Shown: positions 9,689 through 19,991, numbered from the stretch's first letter. The stretch is DNA of 64,000 nucleotides from a virus (IMGVR_UViG_3300044580_000410:20720-84719), one strand, 5' to 3'. Notes: generated by a model from the letters alone, not told the origin. Program-made: numbers and translations.

Positions 9689-10384
9689 ATGTATAAAGGA
9701 CTTATATATAGAGCTACTGCTCCGAATGGTAAAAAATATTACGGACAAACAACTTCCTCTTTAGAAAGAAGGAAAAAATGTCATCGGGAGGATGCTTTTA
9801 TTCGAAATTTGCAAGGATCATTTCAGAGAGCTTTACGAAAATATGGATTTGAAAATTTCGAATGGAAAATTATTGAAGAATATCAGCTAGAAGAAAAAAT
9901 AGATTTAATTAAAATTTTAAATTTGAGAGAATTATTTTGGATACAAAAAGATAAAACGTATTTGCCAAAATTTGGGTATAATATGAAAATCGGTCCTAGC
10001 TGCGGTTTTCATAATGATGAATGTAAAGAAAAAATCAGAAATTCCTTATTGGGGGTTAAACACACATCTGAACGTCGAAAAAACCAATCATTATCTCATA
10101 TTGGACAAATACCTTGGAACAAAAATAAAAAATGCAGTCAATTTGCTGGATCCAATAACCCATCATATAAAATAATTCCTATCGAGGATGAAGAAAAAAT
10201 TTTGGATCTTTATTCTAAAGGATTTGGATCCAGAGTTATAGAAAGAGAATTAGAAAATAAATATAGTTTTATAAAAATACTTAAATTTTTAAGATCGAAG
10301 GGGGTTTGGCATCCTCATAAATTCGATAGAAATGTAAATAAAAATAAAATTATTAAGGAAGAGTTAACCTTAAAATTTAACTAA
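9689..10384 (+). CDS. GIY-YIG homing endonuclease
   Basis: GLIYRATAPNGKKYYGQT...RALRKYGFENF...GYN; NUMOD3-like HTSERRKNQS. Confidence 0.9.
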   Translation: MYKGLIYRATAPNGKKYYGQTTSSLERRKKCHREDAFIRNLQGSFQRALRKYGFENFEWKIIEEYQLEEKIDLIKILNLRELFWIQKDKTYLPKFGYNMKIGPSCGFHNDECKEKIRNSLLGVKHTSERRKNQSLSHIGQIPWNKNKKCSQFAGSNNPSYKIIPIEDEEKILDLYSKGFGSRVIERELENKYSFIKILKFLRSKGVWHPHKFDRNVNKNKIIKEELTLKFN

Positions 10385-10489
10385 ATCTTAACATGAAATA
10401 AAAAACTAACTCTAAAATGCTCATACAATGAGTGTCCAAGAGAGAAAGAAAGAATATATCTTAAATAGAAATAAAAATAAATTATAAAA

Positions 10490-10759
10490 ATGAAAGGTTA
10501 CCCTAAACACTTTTTTGCAGGAGCTCTTATTTCATTAATAACTCTTGCGTTTTTTGCGATATTTGTACACGTTCCCGTTTATGGATGGGATGCTGGCGTA
10601 GCAGCAGTTCTTACTGTTGTTGCAGGTGCTTTCAAAGAAGTTATTTACGATAAGTTGCTAGGAAAGGGAACTCCAGATTATTATGATTTCTTCTACACAG
10701 TGTGCGGAGGTTGGGGTATGATATTTCTTTGGAAAATAGGTGAATTATTTTTTATATGA
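10490..10759 (+). CDS. Small membrane protein (YfiM/DUF2279-like)
   Basis: Three hydrophobic segments; HFFAG...AGAFKE..YD....G..D..D pattern. Confidence 0.5.
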   Translation: MKGYPKHFFAGALISLITLAFFAIFVHVPVYGWDAGVAAVLTVVAGAFKEVIYDKLLGKGTPDYYDFFYTVCGGWGMIFLWKIGELFFI

Positions 10760-11217
10760 TAGTTAGGGAAAATATCAATTTTGAAAGGGGATTAGATCCG
10801 AAAGAAGCCATAGGTATCGGAAAAGCTAAATTAATTCAGGACTGGCTTGATGAGGTTCATATCGGGGTAAGAAATTATAAGCTTAATTCGGATTTTACTA
10901 TAGATACGGATTTGGATGTCATTGCAGTTGAAAGACCGGAATTATTTCCAAATGGAAGATTTCCTGATTATATTAGATTTAATTCTTCAGGTTCTTTTGA
11001 TATTGATGATTGCGGAATAGTTTCCTTGGTTGGATGCCCTAAAAAAGTAAATGGATATTTTTCTTGTCAAATGAATGAAATTACAAATCTAAAAGGGTTT
11101 CCAAAAGAAGTTCGAGAAATGGTTTATTGTTTCGGAAATGAAGCAAAATTTACAAAAGAAGAAATAATAGAAGTTTGTGTTGCTGGAGGTATACAAACAG
11201 ACGATAGTGACGAATGA
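10756..11217 (+). CDS. FERG-tag protein with LRR-like cargo domain
   Basis: MIVRENINFERGLDPKEAIGIG, then SLVGCPKKVNGYFSCQMNEITNLKGFPKEV repeats. Confidence 0.8.
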   Translation: MIVRENINFERGLDPKEAIGIGKAKLIQDWLDEVHIGVRNYKLNSDFTIDTDLDVIAVERPELFPNGRFPDYIRFNSSGSFDIDDCGIVSLVGCPKKVNGYFSCQMNEITNLKGFPKEVREMVYCFGNEAKFTKEEIIEVCVAGGIQTDDSDE

Positions 11218-12476
11218 AAATTATAAAGGAATATATTAATTTTGAAAGAGGAATAGATCCAAAGGTTTCTATGAAAATCGGGATGCCTTCTTGGAATAAT
11301 CTTCATGAAGGGGATTTGCTAAAAGTTATCAAAAATATTCCTCTGGACACTAATAATGAAATATCATACGGCGATTTCCCGGTTTCCGATTTACCAATAG
11401 GTGTTATATTACAGACGGAAGAATTTGATAATTCGTCTTCTAAGGAATGGATTATCTGGTTTAAATATTTTGTGGATTTAGAAGATTTTAAGGCAAATAA
11501 AAATGATAATGTTCGCCCAAGACATGGATTTGTAAAAGGAACGCCAAAACAATTTAAGAACGGATTATTTGAATTTCTTCCCAGAAGTATGAATGAAGCT
11601 CAAGAATTTCACAGAGGAGGGGATCCAATGGTTTCTATGAATATAGGTAAAAGAGCATTAATAGAAAAATGGTTAAGAGAACAAAATCTTTTAGAGGATA
11701 CTATTATCACCAAAGACCTTATTATAAATACAAGTCCGGGGGTACAATTAGTTATACGATTAAGAAATATTGGTGAAGCTCTTCCAGAATATATTCAATT
11801 CGGAACTGTTATTGGGGGATTTGATATTTCTGATAACCAATTAAAAACTTTAAGGGGGTGCCCCAAAAAAGTTATAGGAACCGAGAATTTAAAAGGGAAT
11901 TTTAAATGTCAAAATAATAGATTAATGACCTTAGCTAATGGGCCAAGACATGTAGATGGAAATTATGTTTGCCATAATAATCCAGGGTTATTTTCTCAAA
12001 AAGATATACGAAAAGTTTGTAGAGTAAAAGGATCTGCTTGGGGTGATGAACCACAAGAAATAGTTAATGTTCCGGTAAAAGAAAATATGGAATTTCATAG
12101 AAATATTAATCCAAAGTCTTCTCTAGATATAGGATACCATGCTCAGATAAAAAATTGGTTTAAAGAATGTGGTATTTCTGAAGATCCAAATGACGATAAG
12201 TATGTAGAATATAGGATAAATAAAGATGGAACCATAGATGTTTTGGACGATTTAAATTTGGTTGATTGCCATATAAATAATTTTCCATATTTTATTAAGT
12301 TTAAAATAATATATGGAGGCTTTTATGTAGCTCAAAATAATTTTACAAAGCTTGATGGATTTCCAAAAGAGGTTAAAGGGGATCTTTCAATTTATTCAAG
12401 CTACCCAGGATCAAAAAAATGGAAAGAGGATGAGATCCGAAAGAAAATAAAAATCCTCGGAACAGTATGGAATTAA
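11214..12476 (+). CDS. FERG-tag polyprotein (3 tags; two LRR-like cargo domains)
   Basis: Tags IKEYINFERGIDPKVSMKIG, MNEAQEFHRGGDPMVSMNIG, VKENMEFHRNINPKSSLDIG. Confidence 0.8.
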   Translation: MKIIKEYINFERGIDPKVSMKIGMPSWNNLHEGDLLKVIKNIPLDTNNEISYGDFPVSDLPIGVILQTEEFDNSSSKEWIIWFKYFVDLEDFKANKNDNVRPRHGFVKGTPKQFKNGLFEFLPRSMNEAQEFHRGGDPMVSMNIGKRALIEKWLREQNLLEDTIITKDLIINTSPGVQLVIRLRNIGEALPEYIQFGTVIGGFDISDNQLKTLRGCPKKVIGTENLKGNFKCQNNRLMTLANGPRHVDGNYVCHNNPGLFSQKDIRKVCRVKGSAWGDEPQEIVNVPVKENMEFHRNINPKSSLDIGYHAQIKNWFKECGISEDPNDDKYVEYRINKDGTIDVLDDLNLVDCHINNFPYFIKFKIIYGGFYVAQNNFTKLDGFPKEVKGDLSIYSSYPGSKKWKEDEIRKKIKILGTVWN

Positions 12477-12484
12477 AAAAATAA

Positions 12485-14260
12485 ATGAATATGGAACTAT
12501 TAAATCCAAGATTTTATCCTCAAATAAACGATTTTTTGTATGAAGCTAAAGAAGGAATGGATATTCCTAAATCAGCAAAAATTGAAGATTATGGATATGT
12601 TTTCGCTAAAGACGGAACCAAAATTGATATGAGGCACCTTAAAAATGAAATGGAGAGCGCTAAAACGGCTATCGTTTCTCAATCCCCTTTATTTGCCCCT
12701 TATGTTCATAAATTTACCCCAATTTATACTTGGATTGTTCCTACAATGGCAACCGATGGAACAAGGTTATTTGTCAATCCATTATTTGCTGATAAACTTT
12801 CCTGGGAGCAGAAGATTTTTGTTATTATACATGAAATTATGCATTGTGTTCTTCTTCACATGGAACGTATGAAATCCAGAAATGCAACAGTTATGACTTC
12901 TGAGGGAAAACCTGCTTCATTGTTTAATATTGCAGGGGACTATGAAATTAATACTATTATAGTAGATACTTTAAGTGACTTTAATAAGGAATTTGTTGAG
13001 AAACTTGGAGGTCTTTATGATGAAAAATACTTAAATGTTCCTGTTGAACAAATTTATGATGATTTAAAGAAATCTATTCCTAAAATGCCTCCTAATCCTT
13101 TTAAAAAGAATAATCAAGGACAAAATCAGGGACAGGATCAGCAAGGTGGCGGTCAAGGACAGGGTCAGGGTCAAGGTCAGCAGGGTGGCGGAAAAAGCCA
13201 ACAACAACCTCTCCAAGTAGGTAGTAAAGTTAAGATTAAAGCTACAGGAGAAAAAGGAGTTGTTACGGCTGTAAATCCCGACGGAACTTATGAGGTAGGT
13301 CCTCTTAATGAAAGTCTTTTAGTCACCTATCTTTTTGAAAGTTATAAAAAAGATGAATTAATTCCTCTTGATTCAGGTCAGGGGCAAGGGCAAGGCCAAG
13401 GACAGGGACAAGGAGAAGAAGGAGAAGGCGAAGATAAAGGTGTTGGTGGATCCGGAAGTGATGGATACGAAGAAAGTTTCGATCAAGCTGAGGAATATGA
13501 CCCTGCTGGAACAGGAGGTATTATTACTCCAGAAATGGGAAAGAAAATTGCTAAAGCAAGCGGATATGGAGAAGGGGAAATGGGGCCAGACGAAAGTCCG
13601 ACAGATAAATGGCGTGTTGAGGGGGCAAAAATGCTCGATCGTGCTTTAAAAGGATCAAAGGGAAGAGGTACTGGAAAAGGGGGTGCTCTTGTTACAGCAC
13701 TTTCAAGATTACATAGAGGAGATGTTAACTGGCAAAATATGTTCAGAAGATATGTTGCAACTGCTCTATCCCCTGAAACATATCAGAAAATTGGAAATAA
13801 AAAACACTTAAGCGGGGAATTTCTACGTTATGGAGAGAAACATAAGATGGATGCTATGGAACATATTGTAGTATTAGTCGACGTTTCTGGTTCTATGGGT
13901 AGGGAAGCTCTAGAAAAAATATTAAATGAAATTAACCAAATTATTTTCTCAAAAAGAGTTAATAAAATTACTGTAGCTTTCTTTGATGATGGTGTTGATG
14001 AGGGAAGTGTTCAGACCATTAAGAAAATGGGAAAACCATATATTCCTAAAAATGTTAGAGGTGGCGGCGGAACTAGCTTCCAAAAAGCTCTTGATTGGGT
14101 ACATGATAAACTAAAAGATAGAGTTTCCCTTTGCGTATTCTTTACTGACGGGGGAGCTCCCAATCCAAAGAAACCACCTTATGCTCACAAATTTATTTGG
14201 ATGGTTTATGATAATCCTCAATGGCAGCAGCCATTTGGCAAACAAATTAATATTAGTTAA
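12485..14260 (+). CDS. DUF2201-like metallopeptidase-VWA protein
   Basis: TMATDG, HEIMH, FNIAGDYEIN; G/Q-rich linker; VWA motifs DVSGS, GGGGTSF, FFTDG. Confidence 0.85.
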   Translation: MNMELLNPRFYPQINDFLYEAKEGMDIPKSAKIEDYGYVFAKDGTKIDMRHLKNEMESAKTAIVSQSPLFAPYVHKFTPIYTWIVPTMATDGTRLFVNPLFADKLSWEQKIFVIIHEIMHCVLLHMERMKSRNATVMTSEGKPASLFNIAGDYEINTIIVDTLSDFNKEFVEKLGGLYDEKYLNVPVEQIYDDLKKSIPKMPPNPFKKNNQGQNQGQDQQGGGQGQGQGQGQQGGGKSQQQPLQVGSKVKIKATGEKGVVTAVNPDGTYEVGPLNESLLVTYLFESYKKDELIPLDSGQGQGQGQGQGQGEEGEGEDKGVGGSGSDGYEESFDQAEEYDPAGTGGIITPEMGKKIAKASGYGEGEMGPDESPTDKWRVEGAKMLDRALKGSKGRGTGKGGALVTALSRLHRGDVNWQNMFRRYVATALSPETYQKIGNKKHLSGEFLRYGEKHKMDAMEHIVVLVDVSGSMGREALEKILNEINQIIFSKRVNKITVAFFDDGVDEGSVQTIKKMGKPYIPKNVRGGGGTSFQKALDWVHDKLKDRVSLCVFFTDGGAPNPKKPPYAHKFIWMVYDNPQWQQPFGKQINIS

Positions 14261-15894
14261 TGATTGTTAAGGAAGCCATATCTTTTACTAGAAATATAGA
14301 CCCTAAAGAAGGAATGGCTATTGGAAAAGCTGCGCTTTTTCCAGAGATGATGGAAGATTTAGCCCATGATCAATCTTGGGCTTTAAAATCAGAGGCACCA
14401 AAATCACTTAATGATTTTACGGAAAAAAAGATCTATCATATTGATACTCGAAAAATTGCTAGTTTTTATTCAATGAATCAGAGCCGACCTGCTATGATGC
14501 AAGTTTTTAATGAATTATTGGACAAAATAAAAACCTTTAATCCAAATAATTTGGAAAATTATGCTTCTGGTTGGGTTCAAGCATTTTATTTATTAGGAAG
14601 AGAAGATGATCTTTGGAATGCTCCTAAATCATGGATAACTGAATATACTTTCAATGACTTTATGAGATATGAACCCCAGAGAACTATAGATGGCATCAAA
14701 AAATTAGGACCAAATAAAGCATTTTCTTTATCGTATTCTCATTGGACTCCAGAACTTTTATTATGGGCTATTGAAAATGGGGCGACAAATTTAAATATAG
14801 ATTCTGATGGCCCTATTCAAAAAGCTTGTGAAAGAGGGGATCTAGAGGTTGCCAGAGCTCTTTTATCTAGTCCTATTGTAGATCCAGCAGCTCAAACCCG
14901 AGATGGCAAAAGATATGGAAATGATGAAACCAATTATTGCATTAGAAGAGCTGCAAAAAATGGATATGTAGATATTGTTAAACTTCTCTTAAAAGATAAA
15001 AGAGTAGATCCCACAAGCAGGGATAATTGGGCTCTAGCAGCGGCTTTAAATAATGGGGATAGGGAAATGGTAAGTCTTTTATTATCAGATCCTAGAGTTA
15101 AAAAAGAAGTTCCCTATATGAAGGAGCTTTCTCAGAAAAGACTTAGAAAAATGATGGAAAATAATCCTGTGAGGGAATCTTTAGGATTTACCAGAGGTGG
15201 GGATGCTAAAGCTAATATAGGTATAGGAAGGGAGAAGCTTCTTGGGGATTTTATTGAAGAAGTTAATAATGAAATAGCTAAATATCCATCATTAAAGAAT
15301 TTTCCTTTAAAAATGGAAGATAAAAATGGGATTTTAACAAGAGCTGCTATGAAGGGAAATGTAGATATTGTTAGACTCCTCCTTTCGGATCCTGCTGCAA
15401 ACCCAGCTTTTAGAAAAAATTCTATAATTGCATCAGCTGCTATGGGAGGTAATCCAGATGTGATTGAATTACTATTAAAAGATGAAAGAGTAAATCCAGC
15501 GGATAATCATAATGAAGCATTATATCAAGCAGCAAAAAATAATAATGTTGATGCCGTAAAAAAATTAATGGAAGATCCCAGGGTTAATCCTGCCGATGCA
15601 AAAGAATCTTTGGATAAAAATTATAATATTGTCTATGAAGATAATTATATAATTTATGAAGCTGCTGCTAATCAAGCTTTTGCTGTTGTTGAGGAGCTTT
15701 TAAAAGACCCAAGAGTAAAGGTAAAGAAAACACTTCAAATGCTTGTTTCTAAGATAAGTAAGGTAGGAACTTCAGAAAAGGCAAAGGAGAATTGGTTAAA
15801 GATGATTGAAATTATTTTGTCAAAACCAAAGATCCACGAGGAATTATCGGATAAAGAAATTGATAAGATAAAAGCTAAGATAAATAAAATATAA
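14260..15894 (+). CDS. FERG-tag polyprotein (2 tags) with ankyrin repeats
   Basis: Tags VKEAISFTRNIDPKEGMAIG and VRESLGFTRGGDAKANIGIG; AAKNGYVDIVKLLLKDKRVDP-type ankyrin repeats. Confidence 0.85.
   Translation: MIVKEAISFTRNIDPKEGMAIGKAALFPEMMEDLAHDQSWALKSEAPKSLNDFTEKKIYHIDTRKIASFYSMNQSRPAMMQVFNELLDKIKTFNPNNLENYASGWVQAFYLLGREDDLWNAPKSWITEYTFNDFMRYEPQRTIDGIKKLGPNKAFSLSYSHWTPELLLWAIENGATNLNIDSDGPIQKACERGDLEVARALLSSPIVDPAAQTRDGKRYGNDETNYCIRRAAKNGYVDIVKLLLKDKRVDPTSRDNWALAAALNNGDREMVSLLLSDPRVKKEVPYMKELSQKRLRKMMENNPVRESLGFTRGGDAKANIGIGREKLLGDFIEEVNNEIAKYPSLKNFPLKMEDKNGILTRAAMKGNVDIVRLLLSDPAANPAFRKNSIIASAAMGGNPDVIELLLKDERVNPADNHNEALYQAAKNNNVDAVKKLMEDPRVNPADAKESLDKNYNIVYEDNYIIYEAAANQAFAVVEELLKDPRVKVKKTLQMLVSKISKVGTSEKAKENWLKMIEIILSKPKIHEELSDKEIDKIKAKINKI
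15879..15886 (+). promoter_or_regulatory. Putative late promoter GATAAATA
   Basis: Motif upstream of the AAA+ gene. Confidence 0.5.
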
Positions 15895-15912
15895 AATAAA
15901 ACTAGAACTGCA

Positions 15913-17448
15913 ATGAAAAAACAATTAGTATTTGAATCTCTCCAGGATTTTCAGATTGCTAGAGGAGAACTAAATGAAGCGATCTTCAGCAAAATAGGAC
16001 AAGCTATTAAAAAATTCTTCCAAAAAGTTGGAAAGCTTTTTTTCTTCATTTTCCAGGGACAACCTGTTACAGAAGCTATGGCTCCTGTCAATATTGGAAT
16101 ATTAGATAAAGATGGTACTTTGCCAAAATCTATTTCCTATGTAGCTTCTCAAGGTGATGTTGAATTAAGCCCTGAATTAAAATCCCTTACCGCTGAAAAG
16201 GTTATTCAGAAAAGAGGGCCGGATCTTGAAGAGGGAACTATTAATGAAGCTCGAATAAAACTTGAGCACCCAGATAAAAACGTTCCTAATGTAGGAAAGA
16301 AAGAATTATATAGAAGAATTCGTATGGTTTTAAAGAGCCCACAGGGGAAACCTCTTATGATTTGGGGAGCTCCTGGTATTGGAAAAACCGCAATTGTTAA
16401 AGCAGTTCTTGCACAGAATACAAAAGGAAGATTGATTGATGTCCAGACTTCTAAAATGGCTCCAGATGACTGGTCACTTCCAGCAACTTATAAAGTTGAT
16501 GATGAATTAAAAGCTAGGGATATTCCTAAATCTTGGCTTCCTGTTTATATTAAGAGCGGCGATGCAGAAGAAGATAAAAGAAGAGATGGCATAGCTAATA
16601 TGGGAGAAGGAGGTATTTTATTCTTGGATGAACTTTCCCGTGCATCTGGTTCTGTACAAAATACTTGTTTGAAACTTATCGATGAAAGAATTATTGGAGA
16701 TGCAGTTTTAGGTTCTAAATGGACGATTGTTTCAGCATCCAACAGAGCAGGTGATGACCCTGAAGGTGTTCAGAACTTCTCAACAGCCCTCGGAAACAGA
16801 TTCTCGCAGGTTAACTATATTCCCGATTTTGCTGGTTGGAAAGAATGGGCACAGAATAAAGTTGATCAGAGAATACTTGACTTCCTTGAATTTAATCAAG
16901 AATATTTCTATACTCTTGATGATGATCCAGAAAAGAGCATCTTTGCTAGCCCTCGTTCATGGGAAGCAGCTTCTAAGAATATTGCTCTTCTAATGCAGGA
17001 TGCTGCTGATGAAGGTTATAAGCCTTCTATTCAGGATATAACAAACGTAGTTGGTTCAGACGTTGGTATGGATATTGCAACAGAGTTCCAAACATTCCTA
17101 AGACTTCTTGAATCCTTCAAAAAAGAAGATATTAAAGAGGTTCTTGCCCATCCTGAAAAAGCTCGTATGCCTAAGAAAGCTGGATCAGGATATGACCAAT
17201 CCGAAGCTAATGCTCTTCTATCTCTTGTTTGTACATCAACAAGAGGAAGAGATATTACTCCTGAAGAATTTGATAATTTTGTAACCTATCTTATCCGTCT
17301 TGACAATGGTTCTCTTGCAACCAGAGCTATTAAGATGATGATTGACCTTCATCCTTATATCCACGATGAACTTGGAGAAGTTGAGGGAAGAGACAAATAT
17401 CAGAAGGGCGTAGATAGATTTATTGAAAAATATAAAGATATATTCTAA
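15913..17448 (+). CDS. MoxR-like (AAA_5) AAA+ ATPase, likely partner of the VWA protein
   Basis: Walker A GAPGIGKT, Walker B LFLDEL, SASNR, ALGNRF, SPRSWE. Confidence 0.9.
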   Translation: MKKQLVFESLQDFQIARGELNEAIFSKIGQAIKKFFQKVGKLFFFIFQGQPVTEAMAPVNIGILDKDGTLPKSISYVASQGDVELSPELKSLTAEKVIQKRGPDLEEGTINEARIKLEHPDKNVPNVGKKELYRRIRMVLKSPQGKPLMIWGAPGIGKTAIVKAVLAQNTKGRLIDVQTSKMAPDDWSLPATYKVDDELKARDIPKSWLPVYIKSGDAEEDKRRDGIANMGEGGILFLDELSRASGSVQNTCLKLIDERIIGDAVLGSKWTIVSASNRAGDDPEGVQNFSTALGNRFSQVNYIPDFAGWKEWAQNKVDQRILDFLEFNQEYFYTLDDDPEKSIFASPRSWEAASKNIALLMQDAADEGYKPSIQDITNVVGSDVGMDIATEFQTFLRLLESFKKEDIKEVLAHPEKARMPKKAGSGYDQSEANALLSLVCTSTRGRDITPEEFDNFVTYLIRLDNGSLATRAIKMMIDLHPYIHDELGEVEGRDKYQKGVDRFIEKYKDIF

Positions 17449-17449
17449 A

Positions 17450-17902
17450 ATGAAGAATATTTTTTATCCAAGGCTTAATGAGTTCGAGAGGAGTGAAGAC
17501 CCCTCTCGAACTTTAGATTTAGGACGGAAGCGAAAAGTCGAGGAATGGATAAACAAATATACCAAATTTACTAAATATAAAATCAATTCTGATTGGACTA
17601 TCGATGTCAGGGAATTAGTTATTCCTTCTCAGAGATATGGGGATCTTAAAGAAATACCAGAATATGTTGATTTCGGTGTTTGTTATGGTAGTGTTATTAT
17701 AAGAGATCAGAATTTAATGTCTATGAAAGGCCTTCCTAAAGTTGTTAAAGGGGATTTCTTCGTAGATAATAATAAATTAGAGGATCTTGAAGGATGTCCA
17801 AAACAGGTCGACGGGGATTTTTATATTCGAGGAAATAAGGAAAAATTTACTGTCGATGAAATTAAAAAGATCTGTACCGTTGGCGGACGTATCGTCGTAT
17901 GA
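17450..17902 (+). CDS. FERG-tag protein with LRR-like cargo domain
   Basis: Probable start MKNIFYPRLNEFERSEDPSRTLDLG; GLPKVVKGDFFVDNNKLEDLEGCPKQVDGDF. Confidence 0.75.
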   Translation: MKNIFYPRLNEFERSEDPSRTLDLGRKRKVEEWINKYTKFTKYKINSDWTIDVRELVIPSQRYGDLKEIPEYVDFGVCYGSVIIRDQNLMSMKGLPKVVKGDFFVDNNKLEDLEGCPKQVDGDFYIRGNKEKFTVDEIKKICTVGGRIVV

Positions 17903-18864
17903 TAGTAAAAGAATCCATAAATTTTGAACGTGGTTTAGACCCCAAACAAGCAATGAATGTTGGTTTGGAACAAAAAATAGCTAATTTTTTAAGAGAAAGA
18001 ACTAGTGATAGCCCTGCCATGTGGATCTCATATTTACTTACAGAAGGGGATGAAGAAGAACTTGATCATGAAACAAGAAAACAATGGATTGAATTTCTAA
18101 TTAAAAAACCCGAATATAATAATAGCCTTGATGAAAATGATTTTTACGAGTTAAAAAAATGGGGTATTCAATGGATTCCTTATGTTAAGCTTCCTGGTGA
18201 TGAAATTCAATACGAATTTAAAAATGGAAAATACTTTCTTTCATTTGATGGATGGCAAAGTTTCTCGGATTTATTTGATACAGATACAAGAAATTTAAGT
18301 AAAGATTTTGTTGAAGCTGTTTTATCAGGGGAAAATGTTGAGGAGTATTTTGAATATGATAGCGTTAATTTCGGTGATATTACTGAAATGACCTGGTTTC
18401 TTAAAAGGCTTTTGGCAAAAGGAAAAATTCCTGCTTTAGACGATCTTAAAGAAAAATTTATCGAAAGAGGCGGGGATCCGGAAACAGCAAATAATCTTGA
18501 AGAACTATTTGATGAAATAGAATCAAATGATGAGTATGAAGATCTTCACGATGCTATTAGATTTGCTTGGACAGATTCTCAAGAAATGGCAGATCAAGAT
18601 GAAGCTTTTAAAGATTTGAAAAATGCTATTAAAAAACATTTTGATATTAATGATGAAGAAATAAAATGGGTAGAAAAACCAAATAATTATTCCCATTTTT
18701 ATGCACCTATTTCTTTAAATGGAGTAGAAAAATTATTTGGCTGCTTAGCATTACACGATAGTGATTATAAGATAAAATACTATCCTCCTCAATATAGTTA
18801 CAATGGAGATATATCTGCTGAAATTTTTAATGATTCCCTTTCAAATAGATTAGATGAGATATGA
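17899..18864 (+). CDS. FERG-tag protein, acidic cargo of unknown function
   Basis: MIVKESINFERGLDPKQAMNVG. Confidence 0.75.
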   Translation: MIVKESINFERGLDPKQAMNVGLEQKIANFLRERTSDSPAMWISYLLTEGDEEELDHETRKQWIEFLIKKPEYNNSLDENDFYELKKWGIQWIPYVKLPGDEIQYEFKNGKYFLSFDGWQSFSDLFDTDTRNLSKDFVEAVLSGENVEEYFEYDSVNFGDITEMTWFLKRLLAKGKIPALDDLKEKFIERGGDPETANNLEELFDEIESNDEYEDLHDAIRFAWTDSQEMADQDEAFKDLKNAIKKHFDINDEEIKWVEKPNNYSHFYAPISLNGVEKLFGCLALHDSDYKIKYYPPQYSYNGDISAEIFNDSLSNRLDEI

Positions 18865-19964
18865 AAATAGTTAAAGAATCATTAAAAATATTTGAAAGTC
18901 CTGATGAAATTTCCATGCCTCATCTTACTTATAATAAGTATGGGGAACCTATAAATAGTGATTTGTTTAAATCCCCTCATTTTTCTGATGAAGATGCTCA
19001 TGCTTTTTGGTATGAACATGGGGTATTTCATATTGGGCCGGCAGGGGAAACTCACCCAGAAGGAGCAAGGACTGATATATTATCCGGAAGAATATGGGCA
19101 AATAAAAAGATAATCAGCTTTTGGAAATACCCGGATAAAGAAACTTTCTTCGAAGTAATTGATATGCTCTCGGATAAATTAGGGGAAGATATGATGGATT
19201 GGGAAGTAGAAGTTCTAGATAAAAATTCTTGGAAACAAGACGATAATTATACATCCCGATTAATTCCCGTTACTGAATATGAAGGAAGTGAAGAAAGATC
19301 CGAACTTGAAATGGGGAAAGAACATATAAAATCCCCATTATTAAAAACCAAACATGTTCCTTATGGATATGGCTCGAAAAATCCAAAATATCATGATCAA
19401 AGAAAATGGCAAATGGCTTCTTTAACAAGTGAATCTATGAATTTTGAAAGGGGAAAGGACCCAAAGGATTCTATGGGGATAGGTAATAAAAAAATTAGAG
19501 AAATTCGCAGTGACTACAAATATCTAGAACCTATTATAAATTCTTTAGAACCCCCGGATGATGAATTTACTTTTCAGAAAGTTCGTCTTAAAATAGATGG
19601 AATGAAAAGAGTCATTGAACTGGTTATTATGGAATTTATTCGTCAAAAATATGGAATAATTTTTCAAGAAGATTCTCAAGAATCAAGATTTACTTCAAGT
19701 AATCTTTTCGCTTCAGCTACTGTAGGGGAATATCGATACGAATTGTTAAGAAATGGTGTTGGAAGCACATATTGGGCAAAAGTTATAAGTCTTAAAGGAA
19801 ATATTCTTAACACGAAAAAAGAAAAGGGATTTATTTTTAAGGATTCTCAAGGAAGAGTAATACCCCCCAAAACAACAGAAGAGGATTTTATAGAAACCTC
19901 TCAATCTACTTCTTTAAGGATTTTTGATGAAAAATTTCAGAAACTCCTTAAAAAATACCACTAA
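18861..19964 (+). CDS. Two-module protein: Glu-terminated leader plus internal FERG tag
   Basis: MKIVKESLKIFES...; internal TSESMNFERGKDPKDSMGIG. Confidence 0.75.
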   Translation: MKIVKESLKIFESPDEISMPHLTYNKYGEPINSDLFKSPHFSDEDAHAFWYEHGVFHIGPAGETHPEGARTDILSGRIWANKKIISFWKYPDKETFFEVIDMLSDKLGEDMMDWEVEVLDKNSWKQDDNYTSRLIPVTEYEGSEERSELEMGKEHIKSPLLKTKHVPYGYGSKNPKYHDQRKWQMASLTSESMNFERGKDPKDSMGIGNKKIREIRSDYKYLEPIINSLEPPDDEFTFQKVRLKIDGMKRVIELVIMEFIRQKYGIIFQEDSQESRFTSSNLFASATVGEYRYELLRNGVGSTYWAKVISLKGNILNTKKEKGFIFKDSQGRVIPPKTTEEDFIETSQSTSLRIFDEKFQKLLKKYH

Positions 19965-19991
19965 AATATTTTTACTTTAGATTCTTTTTTG

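Noticed and set aside
10385..10489. Possible group I intron remnant or ncRNA after the GIY-YIG gene
   Set aside because: Only a short GCTCAT-aca-ATGAGT hairpin in A-rich sequence; the flanking genes look uninterrupted.
13113..13430. GQGQGQ low-complexity DNA repeats as a separate element
   Set aside because: They encode the usual flexible linker of DUF2201-VWA proteins.
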